A DNA stretch of 64,000 nucleotides from an uncultured Clostridia bacterium (GCA_947629765.1 CANREW010000001.1:103301-167300); one strand, 5' to 3'. Shown: positions 8,594 through 19,781, counted from the first letter of the stretch. Numbers and translations: made by a program. Notes: generated by a model from the sequence alone, not told the origin.

Positions 8594-10975
8594 TTATACT
8601 CTATTTTTAATTTTCTTTTTGTATATAAGTGTAACTACCATTAAACTTGAAAGGAAAAATACTATTATTATTTTATTAGGTAAATATATTCCAGTAGGTG
8701 GTATTATAAATACATCATTTGTTGTCGCACCAGAGAAGTCAATTTCCATACTATCTCCGGGATATACACTTCTTAAATTTCTTATTGTATAGTTATTTAT
8801 AGTATAAGTACCATATTGTTCCAAATTTCTTCTATGCTCATTATTCGAATATTTCATAACCTCTGCATAAGCTCTTGGACTTGGCTCTAAATAATCTAAT
8901 CCTCCTATTACTTGACTTACTACAAATTTTACTGAATAAGATTGATTTTGACCTAATCTTCCCTCATTATCTAGTCTAAGTAGAATAGATGGAGAAGATT
9001 GAAATCTTGCAAGAGTATTGTAATCTACATATCCTGTTGCATAAAGCTGTATAAGAGAAGTTTCTACCCATCCTTTATCATTGTTTGTTTTATCTTTTTC
9101 AGTCAAAAGAGTCTGATTAGGAGAATACATATATCCAGCAGGTATGTGAGCAAGTATTTCTAAATAACCATTTGGTATAGAAGATGTGTTGTAAACGGTA
9201 ATAGTATATTCAAGCTCTATTGTTGAACCATGTACTAACTCATCGTCTACTGATGCTACAATATCTTCTGCTCTTTTTGTAAAATCATTTGAATCTCTTG
9301 CAGTATCTGGAACATCATATATAGTTTGTCCATCAATTAAAGTTATTCGTAAGCCACTGATAGTTACTTTTGTTTGAAGTGTTGATTCAGGTATTCTTCC
9401 TAAAATAAAGTTTTGACCTGAATATCCAGTATTAACATGTTGATATATTTTCGTAACATTTCCATCTTCGTCATATTCATATTCAATTGAAGGTCCATAA
9501 TATCGTTGTATACTATAATTACTTCCACCTATTACATGCATCTTTGTTTTATCACTTAACAATTTAGCTAATTCTTGTGATTCACTACTTGCATTATATT
9601 CGTCAATCATTTTAAATGGACTTGTATTTCCATAATAAAATGATTCAAAATTGTTGTAAACGGCTTTTCTACGTTCTGCATCTTCATATCCTGCATAAAT
9701 ATATGAACCTGAGCTATATTCTTGTACTTCTGTGGTTTCAAATATATATTGTTTTAAATCTTCAGTAATTCCTTTTGCTAATTCTGCACCATCTTGTTTA
9801 GTTAAATGACGGGTAGAAGTGTCACCATATATACTTTCTACATAATCATATTCTTCTTGATCATTAGATTGTACTAGTAAAGAAAATATATTAACTCCAT
9901 CATTTTTTAAAGATAGTACTTTATCTCTTGTCGCTGTTTTTAAAGGACCATACAATTTATTTAAAGTTTCTTCTTCTGTTTCGTCGCAATATACTTTTAC
10001 ATCGCCAGCAGCTGTTGGAATACCATCTGATAGTAATATTATATATCTATTTGAAGACCCTTGTGCATTGTTAGCAAACGAATTGTAAGCTTTATCTAAT
10101 GCAGCAACAATATCTGTGTTAGGTGTATACCAATTGTTATTTAAAATATCAGTTAAAGCGCTATTTAATAATGTTTCATTTTTACAAAGATATACTGACC
10201 TATAACTTGTTCCTGAAAAGAATACAAGTCCTACATAAATATTTTGACCACTATTTAATAATGAATTAATAAGTCTACTGGCTGCTTCTACTTCAACTCT
10301 TAATCTAGACTTTTCAATACCATTAACATCAACCATTGTGGTACGACTACTAGCTGAGCAGTCAAGTGCTATATATATTTGAGCAGCTCCTTTTCCACTA
10401 TTTGTTATTTCTATTTGTTCAATATTTAAATAGTCTTGCTCAGTAGGGGTTCCAACTGTCATATAATCTTGTCCATTATATTTTAAAACATTTTTAACAG
10501 TATTAACATTATCAAAAGAAATTCCATTTGTATCTCCATACCAAATCTCAATTGAATATGTTCCATCTGCTGGTTCAAAACGATAATTACCATTTTCATC
10601 CGTTCTAGTTGATGCTACAATAGTATCTCCTTGCTTTAAGTTAACTAAAACATCAGAAATCGGAAAATCAAGAGTTAATTTATCGTCTTCACCTGCATTA
10701 ATGCCTCTTCTACTATATCCTAAATCTTCATATACATTTCCTTGAATATATGTATAGTGATATATAGTTACTGTTGGTGGGCCAGATGGAGTTGATGGGC
10801 CAGATGGTCCCGGAGAGCTAGGAGTAGGATTAGCATCAGATGGAGTTGGTGGTGGTGGAGAATATCCAGACTCCGATTGAGCACTACTAGCAAGTCCAGC
10901 AAAAACTGAAGTGCTTTGTAGACATACAATCACTAAAATAAATATTGAAATTATAATACAAATTTTTCTTTTCAT
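8594..10975 (-). CDS. Surface adhesin or pilin-like protein with a vWA domain and a C-terminal sortase-type sorting signal
   Basis: Signal peptide, Pro-rich linker, and a CnaB-like TDENGNYRFEP segment. MIDAS-like motif LDCSASS. The C-terminus reads PPTG, then a hydrophobic helix, then KKKIKNRV. Confidence 0.7.
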   Translation of the reverse strand: MKRKICIIISIFILVIVCLQSTSVFAGLASSAQSESGYSPPPPTPSDANPTPSSPGPSGPSTPSGPPTVTIYHYTYIQGNVYEDLGYSRRGINAGEDDKLTLDFPISDVLVNLKQGDTIVASTRTDENGNYRFEPADGTYSIEIWYGDTNGISFDNVNTVKNVLKYNGQDYMTVGTPTEQDYLNIEQIEITNSGKGAAQIYIALDCSASSRTTMVDVNGIEKSRLRVEVEAASRLINSLLNSGQNIYVGLVFFSGTSYRSVYLCKNETLLNSALTDILNNNWYTPNTDIVAALDKAYNSFANNAQGSSNRYIILLSDGIPTAAGDVKVYCDETEEETLNKLYGPLKTATRDKVLSLKNDGVNIFSLLVQSNDQEEYDYVESIYGDTSTRHLTKQDGAELAKGITEDLKQYIFETTEVQEYSSGSYIYAGYEDAERRKAVYNNFESFYYGNTSPFKMIDEYNASSESQELAKLLSDKTKMHVIGGSNYSIQRYYGPSIEYEYDEDGNVTKIYQHVNTGYSGQNFILGRIPESTLQTKVTISGLRITLIDGQTIYDVPDTARDSNDFTKRAEDIVASVDDELVHGSTIELEYTITVYNTSSIPNGYLEILAHIPAGYMYSPNQTLLTEKDKTNNDKGWVETSLIQLYATGYVDYNTLARFQSSPSILLRLDNEGRLGQNQSYSVKFVVSQVIGGLDYLEPSPRAYAEVMKYSNNEHRRNLEQYGTYTINNYTIRNLRSVYPGDSMEIDFSGATTNDVFIIPPTGIYLPNKIIIVFFLSSLMVVTLIYKKKIKNRV

Positions 10976-11137
10976 AGGATCACCTCCTACTTACAATATA
11001 ATTATACCATTTTTTTCAAGAAAATGCAAATTTTAAGCGTGTTTCAGGCACTTTATAAAAATATATTCTTAAAAATTCTATAGAACATCTTGACAAATAA
11101 AAAATATTAGCGTAATATATTAGATAATTAATTACAT

Positions 11138-11635
11138 TTGGAGGTAATCGATATGGATAATAAAGAAATAATTATGTCTCAAGAGGGATACGATAAAATT
11201 GAACAAGAACTAGAATATCTAAAAACAGAAAAGAGATCTGAGATTGCAGAAAGAATAAAAATAGCGTTAGGATTTGGAGACTTATCAGAAAATTCTGAAT
11301 ACGACGAAGCAAAGAATGCACAAGCTCAAAATGAAATAAAAATAGCAGACCTTGAAAACAAACTAAGATATGCTAAAATAATCGATGAGTCTGAAATAGA
11401 TACTAAGGTAGTTCAAATCGGAAATACAGTTAAAGTAAGAGATTTAGAATTTGACGAAGATGTTGAATATACTATTGTTGGATCTACTGAAGTAGATTTA
11501 TCACAAAATAAAATATCGAATGAATCACCAATAGGATTAGCACTTTTAGGTGCAAAAAAGAATCAAATTGTAGAAGTTCAAATACCAGATGGTGTTGCAA
11601 AATATAAAGTACTTGGTATATCAATTGCAAAATAG
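11138..11635 (+). CDS. greA: Transcription elongation factor GreA
   Basis: Has GYDKIEQELEYLK..RSEIAERIK.A..GDLSENSEYDEAK and ISNESPIGLALLG. Confidence 0.9.
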   Translation: MEVIDMDNKEIIMSQEGYDKIEQELEYLKTEKRSEIAERIKIALGFGDLSENSEYDEAKNAQAQNEIKIADLENKLRYAKIIDESEIDTKVVQIGNTVKVRDLEFDEDVEYTIVGSTEVDLSQNKISNESPIGLALLGAKKNQIVEVQIPDGVAKYKVLGISIAK

Positions 11636-11652
11636 GAAAAAATGTATATATG

Positions 11653-11690
11653 AAAGTTCTCTAGGTTATACCTTAGAGAACTTTTAAGTT
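11653..11690 (+). terminator. Intrinsic terminator after greA
   Basis: aaagttctctagg pairs with ccttagagaacttt. Confidence 0.7.
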
Positions 11691-11754
11691 TTTCACTAAA
11701 ATTTCAAATAAATATTGAATTTTTTACAAATTTATTATAAAATCTATAAAGTAT

Positions 11755-12426
11755 ATGGAGGTTTTTATGATAACTCTTGAAGATGTAAAGAATAATGAAG
11801 ATGTACAAGCTTTGATTCAAGCAGCACAAAAACAACTAAATAGTTTAGGATATACAGAACATTCTGTAAGACATGTTGGAATAGTATCTCAAAGAGCTGG
11901 ACATATATTAGAAACATTAGGTTACCCAGAAGATCGTGTAGAACTTGCAAAAATTGCAGGATATCTTCACGATATTGGTAATTGCATAAATAGAAAGGAC
12001 CATGCTCATTCTGGAGCAATACTTGCATATAACATTTTAAAAGATATGGGTATGAATGTTAACGATAGAACTGAAATTATGATGGCAATAGGTAATCACG
12101 ACGAAGAAACAGGAACAGCAGTAAGTGATATTTCAGCAGCTTTAATTCTTGCAGATAAATCTGATGTTCATAGAGATAGGGTTGTTAATACTAATCTAGG
12201 AACATTTGATAAACATGACAGAGTAAATTATGCGGTTACAAATGCTAAACTTTTAATAAACAACGAAGAAAGAAAAATAACTTTAAATTTACAAATAGAT
12301 ACAGAACTTTGCCCTGTACTTGATTATTTTGAAATATTTATTGATAGAATGATAATGAGTAAATATGCGGCTAAGTTTTTAAAAGTTTGGTTTGAGTTAA
12401 TAATTAATAATACAAAATTATTATAA
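11755..12426 (+). CDS. HD-domain phosphohydrolase
   Basis: Has HSVRHV and GYLHDIGN, then GNHDE. Confidence 0.7.
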   Translation: MEVFMITLEDVKNNEDVQALIQAAQKQLNSLGYTEHSVRHVGIVSQRAGHILETLGYPEDRVELAKIAGYLHDIGNCINRKDHAHSGAILAYNILKDMGMNVNDRTEIMMAIGNHDEETGTAVSDISAALILADKSDVHRDRVVNTNLGTFDKHDRVNYAVTNAKLLINNEERKITLNLQIDTELCPVLDYFEIFIDRMIMSKYAAKFLKVWFELIINNTKLL

Positions 12427-12440
12427 TTTAAGAAAGGATT

Positions 12441-13826
12441 GTGAATAACGTGAAAAACAAACTAAAATTACTATTTTATATACTAATAATTGTATTAATT
12501 TCAATAATTGCATTTGTTGGTGTATATACAAGTAAAACTCAATTTAGAGATAACGCTTTACCAAAATATTCGTTATCTTCAGAATTTACTGGAAAGAGGA
12601 TTACATATCTTCAAGTAGATGACAGTACATCAGATGTAATAAAGGATAAAGATGGAAAAATAGTCGATAGCATCCCAGAAGATGCAAATAAAGATGACTA
12701 CACAACAGAAAAAGTACCTGTAAATAGTGAGGAAGTTTTAAATTCTGATAATTATAAAAAAATGAAGGAAATATTAGATAATAGACTTGAGCAATTTGGT
12801 ACAGAATATTATCTAGTAAAAGTAGATGACCAAACAGGAGATATAGTTGTTGAATTAGAAGATAATAACAGTACAGATACTTTAATTCAAAATTCAGTTC
12901 AAAAGGGAGATTTCTCTATTATAGATTCTGAAACAAAAGAAGTTTTGTTAGATAGAAGCCATATTGTAAAAGCATCTGTTGTTTATGGAAATAACGAAAG
13001 CGGTGCAGTAGTTGTATATTTACAAATAACCTTTGATGAAGAAGGAAAAGAAAAATTAGCTGAAATTACTAGAAATTATGTTGAAACAGAAGAAACAGAA
13101 GATTCAGAGAGCGAAGAGAATCACAAACATGTTTCTATTATATTCAGTGGAACTACTATGCTCACGACAGGTTTCAAAAGTGAGATAACTAATGGAGAGC
13201 TAACTCTTTCAATGGGAACTGCTACATCTAATAGCGCTTTATATCAATATATTTCAAATGCAAGCATATATAGTGTATTATTAAATAACCCTGAATTTCC
13301 AATAACATATAAAGTAACAACTAGTGAATATATAAATAGCAATATTAACCAAAACATAATATATTTTGCAGTAGGTGCAATTGTATTAGTTTGTGCAATA
13401 GTAGTTATATATTTAATAGCTAAATACAAAACTAATGGATTAATTTGCTCATTAGGAATAGTATTAGAAATAGCAATGTTATTAATACTTATTAGATATA
13501 CATCAACAGTTATATCATTAGGAACTTTAGCAGCTTTATTAGTACTTGTCCTATTAGAAGCATACTGTCTAATGAAAGTATTAAATAAAATAAAAGAAAA
13601 TGAATCTTATGAAAGCGTAGCAAATGCAACAATTAAGACTTATCTTGATATGATAGATTTAATTGTAATATTCTTAATTATTGCAATAGTATTTACATTT
13701 ATGAAGGAAGTTGCAGTATATTCAATAGGTATGACATTATTCTATGGAATAATAAGTATTGCAATAGCAAACCTAGTATTTGTAAGAGGCATGTTACTTG
13801 CTAAATATAATACGAAAAATGATTAA
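12441..13826 (+). CDS. Divergent SecD-like membrane protein
   Basis: N-terminal TM helix, a large extracytoplasmic domain, and a C-terminal 5-TM bundle. The layout and spacing resemble SecD, but the canonical motifs are degenerate. Confidence 0.35.
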   Translation: MNNVKNKLKLLFYILIIVLISIIAFVGVYTSKTQFRDNALPKYSLSSEFTGKRITYLQVDDSTSDVIKDKDGKIVDSIPEDANKDDYTTEKVPVNSEEVLNSDNYKKMKEILDNRLEQFGTEYYLVKVDDQTGDIVVELEDNNSTDTLIQNSVQKGDFSIIDSETKEVLLDRSHIVKASVVYGNNESGAVVVYLQITFDEEGKEKLAEITRNYVETEETEDSESEENHKHVSIIFSGTTMLTTGFKSEITNGELTLSMGTATSNSALYQYISNASIYSVLLNNPEFPITYKVTTSEYINSNINQNIIYFAVGAIVLVCAIVVIYLIAKYKTNGLICSLGIVLEIAMLLILIRYTSTVISLGTLAALLVLVLLEAYCLMKVLNKIKENESYESVANATIKTYLDMIDLIVIFLIIAIVFTFMKEVAVYSIGMTLFYGIISIAIANLVFVRGMLLAKYNTKND

Positions 13827-13864
13827 TATTTTGCACTGAGAATGAGAAAGGATTGATTTAAGAA

Positions 13865-14482
13865 ATGAAAAAAAGATTAATAGTTTTAGTAATCGCACTA
13901 GTCATTATCATTGCTGGATTAGTTATGATATTCACAAAAGGATTTAATCTTGGAGACGAGTATGGTAAATACACAATGGTAAATATATATATGACAGATC
14001 CATCAAATATTGAAGATGTTAGACAAATAGCAGATGAAGTTATAGATGGAGACTTTACTGTTTCATATACTGATGAATTTAATGATACAGCTTCTATAAA
14101 AGTAAAATCAATAACTGATGAGCAAGTATCAAGTTTAAAAGAAAAATTAAAAGCAAAGTATTCTTTTGAAGATGTTGAGAACAATGTAATAGCAATAAAT
14201 GTACCTAGTGCAAATTTATATGACTTAGTAAAAGTTTATATAGCACCAATTATTATAGCATTAGCATTATCATTAATATATTTTGTTATTGCATTTAGAA
14301 AATTAGGAATAGTAAAGGCTTTATTTACGCCAATAATCACAGTAGTTGGAATAGTAGCATTATATATTAGTATTATAGCAATATTTAGAATAGCTATAAC
14401 TGAGTATTTAATTCCAATCGGAATACTTCTATTTATATTAACTTTACTTGGAAATGCTATATATTTAAAATCACAAAAATAA
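13865..14482 (+). CDS. Short SecF-like or unknown membrane protein
   Basis: N-terminal TM helix then GFNLG, a soluble domain, then 3 TM helices. It lies adjacent to the SecD-like gene. Confidence 0.25.
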   Translation: MKKRLIVLVIALVIIIAGLVMIFTKGFNLGDEYGKYTMVNIYMTDPSNIEDVRQIADEVIDGDFTVSYTDEFNDTASIKVKSITDEQVSSLKEKLKAKYSFEDVENNVIAINVPSANLYDLVKVYIAPIIIALALSLIYFVIAFRKLGIVKALFTPIITVVGIVALYISIIAIFRIAITEYLIPIGILLFILTLLGNAIYLKSQK

Positions 14483-14506
14483 CTTTTAGGAGGGAACGTT
14501 TTACTT

Positions 14507-15889
14507 ATGTTAAAAGATATGGACACAATTGTAAATTTATGCAAGGCCAGAGGATACATATATGCAGGCTCTGAAATATATGGAGGACTTGCAAATACTT
14601 GGGACTATGGACCACTTGGTGTAGAATTAAAGAATAATATCAAAAATGCTTGGAGAAAGAAGTTTATACAAGAAAGCAAATATAATGTTGGACTAGATGC
14701 TGCAATTTTAATGAATCCAGAAACTTGGGTTGCATCTGGTCACGTTGGAGGTTTTACAGATCCTCTTATAGATTGTAAGGAATGTAAAACAAGACATAGA
14801 GTAGATAAATTAATTGAAGAATGGATGCATGAACATCACTGTGAAGAAATAGTTGATGGTTGGCCTGATGAAAAAATGATAAGTTATATGAAAGAACATC
14901 ATATAGCTTGTCCAAATTGTGGAAAAGAAAATTTTACAGATATTCGTAAATTCAATTTGATGTTTAAGACATTTCAAGGTGTAACAGAAGATTCTACAAC
15001 ACAAATATATTTAAGACCAGAAACTGCACAAGGTATATTCGTTAATTTCAAGAACGTAATGAGAACTACTAGAAGAAAGATACCTATGGGAATTGCACAA
15101 ATTGGTAAAGCTTTTAGAAATGAAATAACACCTGGAAACTTCACATTTAGAACAAGAGAGTTTGAGCAGATGGAACTTGAATTTTTCTGCAAACCAGGAA
15201 CAGACTTAGAATGGCATAAATACTGGAAAGATTTTTGCAAAAATTGGCTTATATCTCTTGGTATGGACGAAGAAAAAATACGTTTAAGAGATCATTCGAA
15301 AGAAGAACTTGTATTTTATAGTGCTGCAACAACTGATATAGAATTTGCTTTCCCATTTGGATGGGGAGAACTTTGGGGAATTGCAGACAGAACTGATTAT
15401 GATTTAAAACAACATTCAAATCATTCAAAACAAGATTTAGACTACTTAGATCCAGAAACTAATGAAAGATATACACCATATTGCATAGAGCCTTCACTTG
15501 GAGCAGACAGAGTAGCTCTTGCTTTCCTTTGCAATGGTTATGCAGAAGAAGAAATAGCAGAGGGTGATACAAGAACTGTTTTGAAACTACATCCAGCATT
15601 AGCACCATATAAAGCAGCTATACTTCCATTATCTAAGAAATTAAGTCCTAAGGCAGAGGAAGTATATGAAATGCTTTCTAAGAAATTTATGTGTGACTAT
15701 GATGAAGCTGGAAGCATAGGAAAGAGATATAGAAGAGAAGATGAAATTGGAACTCCATATTGTATAACAATTGATTTTGACACAGAACAAGATGATACTG
15801 TAACAATAAGAGATAGAGATACAATGGAGCAAGTAAGAGTTAAAATTTCAGACTTAACTAATTGGATTGAAGAAAAAGTTGAATTTTAA
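14507..15889 (+). CDS. glyQS: Glycine--tRNA ligase (alpha2-type GlyQS)
   Basis: Has [33 protein letters not shown], and [25 protein letters not shown]. Confidence 0.95.
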   Translation: MLKDMDTIVNLCKARGYIYAGSEIYGGLANTWDYGPLGVELKNNIKNAWRKKFIQESKYNVGLDAAILMNPETWVASGHVGGFTDPLIDCKECKTRHRVDKLIEEWMHEHHCEEIVDGWPDEKMISYMKEHHIACPNCGKENFTDIRKFNLMFKTFQGVTEDSTTQIYLRPETAQGIFVNFKNVMRTTRRKIPMGIAQIGKAFRNEITPGNFTFRTREFEQMELEFFCKPGTDLEWHKYWKDFCKNWLISLGMDEEKIRLRDHSKEELVFYSAATTDIEFAFPFGWGELWGIADRTDYDLKQHSNHSKQDLDYLDPETNERYTPYCIEPSLGADRVALAFLCNGYAEEEIAEGDTRTVLKLHPALAPYKAAILPLSKKLSPKAEEVYEMLSKKFMCDYDEAGSIGKRYRREDEIGTPYCITIDFDTEQDDTVTIRDRDTMEQVRVKISDLTNWIEEKVEF

Positions 15890-16010
15890 TAATTTTGTAA
15901 AAAAGGAATAGTAATTAACTATTCTTTTTTTATGTATTTTTTCAAATATTTTCATAAAATACTGTAAATAATCATACATTTGTGGTAAAATATACCAGAA
16001 GGAGCATTTT

Positions 16011-16922
16011 ATGGAAATATTGGAAATGTTAAGTAAAAAGATAGATAAAAAAGATATATTTCTAAATGAAGATATGTCAAAGCATACTACCTTTAAAACA
16101 GGTGGTAAAGCTGATATTTTTGTTAAGGTAGATAGTATAGAAAATTTAAAATATGTTTTACAAATATCCAAAGAAAATAATATACCATTATTTATATTAG
16201 GCAACGGAAGTAACATTTTAGTAACAGATAAAGGGATAAGAGGCATTGTTTGTCAAATTGATATTAAAAAATTTGAAATAGAAGAAAAGAATAAGTATAT
16301 TTTTGTAACTTGCGGTAGTGGAGAAAAAAATGGAGGCTTAGCTCAAAAATTATTACAAGAAGAAATAGAAGGTTTTGAATTTGCATCAGGTATTCCTGGA
16401 ACAATTGGTGGAGCAGTTAAAATGAACGCAGGAGCCTTCGGAAAAGAAATGAAAGATATTGTATATTCAACAAAATATATGGATTATGAAGGAAATATAC
16501 ATGAAATAGATTTAGCTGGCCACAAGTTTGAATATAGAAAAAGCATATTCGATTCCAAAAAATACATAATACTAGAAACAACCTTAAAGTTAAAAAAAGG
16601 AAATAAAACAGAGATAGAAAATAAAATGAAAGAATTTTTAAAGCAAAGAAAAGAAAAACAACCTTATGATAAACATTCAGCAGGAAGTACTTTTAAAAGA
16701 GGCAAAGACTTTATAACTGCTAAACTTATAGACGAATGTGGGCTAAGAGGAAAACAAATAGGAGGAGCAAAGGTATCAGAAAAACACGCAGGATTTATTG
16801 TAAATGAAGGAAATGCTACTTCTCAGAATATTTTAGATTTAATCAAGTTTGTACAAGAAGAAGTATATAGACAAACTGGAAAGAACATTGAATTAGAAAT
16901 AGAAGTTGTAGGGGAAGAATAA
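16011..16922 (+). CDS. murB: UDP-N-acetylenolpyruvoylglucosamine reductase
   Basis: Has HTTFKTGGKADIF, LGNGSNILV, IPGTIGGAVKMNAGAFG, and PSAGSTFKR-like HSAGSTFKRG. Confidence 0.95.
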   Translation: MEILEMLSKKIDKKDIFLNEDMSKHTTFKTGGKADIFVKVDSIENLKYVLQISKENNIPLFILGNGSNILVTDKGIRGIVCQIDIKKFEIEEKNKYIFVTCGSGEKNGGLAQKLLQEEIEGFEFASGIPGTIGGAVKMNAGAFGKEMKDIVYSTKYMDYEGNIHEIDLAGHKFEYRKSIFDSKKYIILETTLKLKKGNKTEIENKMKEFLKQRKEKQPYDKHSAGSTFKRGKDFITAKLIDECGLRGKQIGGAKVSEKHAGFIVNEGNATSQNILDLIKFVQEEVYRQTGKNIELEIEVVGEE

Positions 16923-16940
16923 AAGTTACTATCTATAGTT

Positions 16941-17056
16941 CGCCAAACTCGAAAGGGGATTTTATATTTATTATAAATTGAACCCACGAGGGAGACGCCT
17001 ACGAAGTTTTTCGGGGGACTTCAATTTCTTCTAAATATAAAACCCCTGCGTTTGGC
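16941..17056. repeat. Palindromic intergenic repeat, copy 1
   Basis: The termini cgccaaac...gtttggc are inverted. It is near-identical to 19782..19896. Confidence 0.8.
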
Positions 17057-17216
17057 TACTTTAAACTAATAATTTAATTGATAAATAAACGAAAAACACT
17101 TGCAATTATTTACCAAATGTAGTAGAATATAGTAGTACCTACTTCTTGGCTTAAGGAGAATCACACCACTTAGGCTAGGAAATTGGCAAATTAAAATAAA
17201 AACGGAGGTGTAAATT

Positions 17217-17480
17217 ATGACAAAGGAAAGAAAACAAGAAATTATTTCAACTTTTAAAAGAGATGAAAAAGATACTGGTTCTCCAGAAGTACAAGTAGCT
17301 CTTTTAACAGAAAGAATTAATGAACTTACTGAACATTTAAAAGTTCATACTAAGGACAATCATTCAAGACGTGGACTTTTAAAAATGGTTGGTAAAAGAA
17401 GAAATCTTTTAAACTATTTAGCTAAAAAAGATGAAACAAGATATAAAGAAATAGTTGAAAAATTAAATTTAAGAAAATAA
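17217..17480 (+). CDS. rpsO: 30S ribosomal protein S15
   Basis: Has [43 protein letters not shown]. Confidence 0.97.
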   Translation: MTKERKQEIISTFKRDEKDTGSPEVQVALLTERINELTEHLKVHTKDNHSRRGLLKMVGKRRNLLNYLAKKDETRYKEIVEKLNLRK

Positions 17481-17493
17481 TTTTAAACTTTGG

Positions 17494-17520
17494 GGCGTTT
17501 GATTTTATATTAAACGCCTT
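17494..17520 (+). terminator. Hairpin after rpsO
   Basis: ggcgttt pairs with aaacgcc. Confidence 0.5.
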
Positions 17521-17534
17521 GAAATATGTATATT

Positions 17535-17645
17535 AGCAATTCGTATATACATTTTAGTTTCAGTAGCTTGAATAATGTATTGTTTTATAAGAATAATATA
17601 TTATTGAAGTTACCAAATTAAGATTTATATACGAATGTATAATAT
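17535..17645 (+). promoter_or_regulatory. Long imperfect stem-loop in the pnp leader
   Basis: caattcgtatata pairs with tatatacgaatg, and gtagcttgaataatgtatt pairs with aatatattattgaagttac. Confidence 0.5.
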
Positions 17646-17672
17646 AAATCAAATTAGAAAAGAGGTAAAAAT

Positions 17673-19772
17673 ATGTTTAGAACATTTGAAACAGAACTTG
17701 CAGGAAGAAAATTAGTTATCGAAAACGGAAAAATTGCAGAACTTGCAAACGGAAGCGTAATGGTTAGATATGGAGAAACAGTTGTAATGGTAAATGTTAC
17801 CGCTTCCAAAGAACCAAAGGAAGGAATAGACTTTTTCCCATTATCAGTAGATTATGAGGAAAAGCTATATTCAGTAGGAAAAATACCAGGAGGATTTACA
17901 AAAAGAGAAGGAAAGCCAGCAGATAAAGCAATCCTTACTTCAAGAGCAATAGATAGACCAATAAGACCACTATTTCCAAAAGATTTTAGAAATGATGTAT
18001 GTGTAATCGCAACAGTTTTATCAGTAGATCCAGATTGCTCTCCAGAAGTTGCAGCAATGATAGGAACATCTTGTGCTCTTGCTATATCTGATATTCCATT
18101 TGGTGGACCAACAGCAGCAGTAAATGTAGGATATGTAGATGGACAAATTGTTATTAATCCAACATTAAAACAAAGAGAAAAAACAGACTTAGTTTTAACT
18201 GTTGCAGGAACATTAGAAAAAATAACAATGATAGAAGCTGGTGCAAATGAAATACCAGAAGATGTTATGTTAGACGCAATAAAAGAAGGACACAAAGAAA
18301 TTATTAAAGTTTGTGAATTTATTTCAAATATACAAAAGGAAATCGGAAAACCAAAATTTGAATATAAATCTTTTGCAGTTTCTGAAGATCTATATCAAGA
18401 AGTAGAAGATAATTATAAGGGCAGAATGTATCAAGATGTACAAGCTCAGGATAAAGAAGTCAGAGATGCAAATATTGAAAAATTAACAGAAGATATAACA
18501 AACTATCTATTAGAAAAATATGGAGAAGAATTTGTTGAAGAAAGAAATCAAGAGATTGGTGAAATAATATACAAACTAGAAAAGAAATGTGTCAGAAAAA
18601 TGATTTATGAAGAACATAAACGTCCTGACGGAAGAGCAATAGACGAAATAAGACCATTATCTTGTGAAGTTGGAATTTTACCAAGAGTTCACGGAAGTGC
18701 AATTTTCACAAGAGGACAAACTCAGGTAATGTCTATTGCAACACTTGGTATGCTTTCAGAAGCTCAAGAATTAGATGGAATAGATGAAGACACAGAAAAA
18801 AGATACATGCATCAATATAACTTCCCAGCATATAGTGTTGGAGAAGCAAGAACTTCAAGAGGACCAGGAAGACGTGAAATAGGTCACGGCGCTCTTGCTG
18901 AAAAAGCATTAGTTCCTGTACTTCCTTCAAAAGAAGAATTCCCTTATGCAATTCGTGTTGTATCAGAAGTATTAAGCTCTAATGGATCTACTTCACAAGG
19001 AAGTATATGTGGAAGTACACTTGCTTTAATGGATGCAGGTGTTCCAATAAAAGCACCTGTTGCTGGTATTTCAACTGGTCTTGTAACTGATCCAGAAGAT
19101 CCTTCAAAATATATAATGCTTACAGATATACAAGGAATAGAAGATTTCTTTGGAGATATGGACTTTAAAGTTGGAGGAACTCATAAAGGTATAACTGCAA
19201 TACAAGTAGATATAAAAATTGATGGACTAACATATAATATTATAGAAGAGGCTTTTGCTAGAACAAAGAAAGCAAGAGAATATATATTAGACGAAATAAT
19301 GTTAAAACAAATTGCAGAGCCTAGAAAAGAATTATCAAAATATGCTCCAAAAATAACTAATATTAAAATTAGTGTAGACAAGATAAAAGATGTAATCGGA
19401 CCTGGTGGAAAAGTAATTAATAAGATTATTGATGAAACAGGCGTAAAGATTGATATACAAGAAGATGGAAATGTATTTATCTATTCACAAGATTACGAAA
19501 GTGGTAAGAAAGCTCTTGATATGGTTGAAGAAATTACAAGAGAAATAGAAAAAGGCGGAATATATACAGGAAAAGTTACAAGAATAATGAACTTTGGAGC
19601 TTTTGTAGATGTAGGTGGAGGAAAAGAAGGACTTCTTCATATTTCAAAGATTTCTGATGAAAGAATAAATAAAGTTGAAGATGTATTAAAAGTAGGAGAT
19701 ACTATAAGAGTTAAAGTTTATGAAATAGATGACCAAGGAAGAATTAATCTTACTGCAAAAAATATAGATTAA
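17673..19772 (+). CDS. pnp: Polyribonucleotide nucleotidyltransferase (PNPase)
   Basis: Two RNase PH domains (RPDGR, TRGQTQ, GSSSMA-like GSTSQGSICGSTLALMDAGVP), then KH and S1 domains. Confidence 0.97.
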   Translation: MFRTFETELAGRKLVIENGKIAELANGSVMVRYGETVVMVNVTASKEPKEGIDFFPLSVDYEEKLYSVGKIPGGFTKREGKPADKAILTSRAIDRPIRPLFPKDFRNDVCVIATVLSVDPDCSPEVAAMIGTSCALAISDIPFGGPTAAVNVGYVDGQIVINPTLKQREKTDLVLTVAGTLEKITMIEAGANEIPEDVMLDAIKEGHKEIIKVCEFISNIQKEIGKPKFEYKSFAVSEDLYQEVEDNYKGRMYQDVQAQDKEVRDANIEKLTEDITNYLLEKYGEEFVEERNQEIGEIIYKLEKKCVRKMIYEEHKRPDGRAIDEIRPLSCEVGILPRVHGSAIFTRGQTQVMSIATLGMLSEAQELDGIDEDTEKRYMHQYNFPAYSVGEARTSRGPGRREIGHGALAEKALVPVLPSKEEFPYAIRVVSEVLSSNGSTSQGSICGSTLALMDAGVPIKAPVAGISTGLVTDPEDPSKYIMLTDIQGIEDFFGDMDFKVGGTHKGITAIQVDIKIDGLTYNIIEEAFARTKKAREYILDEIMLKQIAEPRKELSKYAPKITNIKISVDKIKDVIGPGGKVINKIIDETGVKIDIQEDGNVFIYSQDYESGKKALDMVEEITREIEKGGIYTGKVTRIMNFGAFVDVGGGKEGLLHISKISDERINKVEDVLKVGDTIRVKVYEIDDQGRINLTAKNID

Positions 19773-19781
19773 AATTATTTC

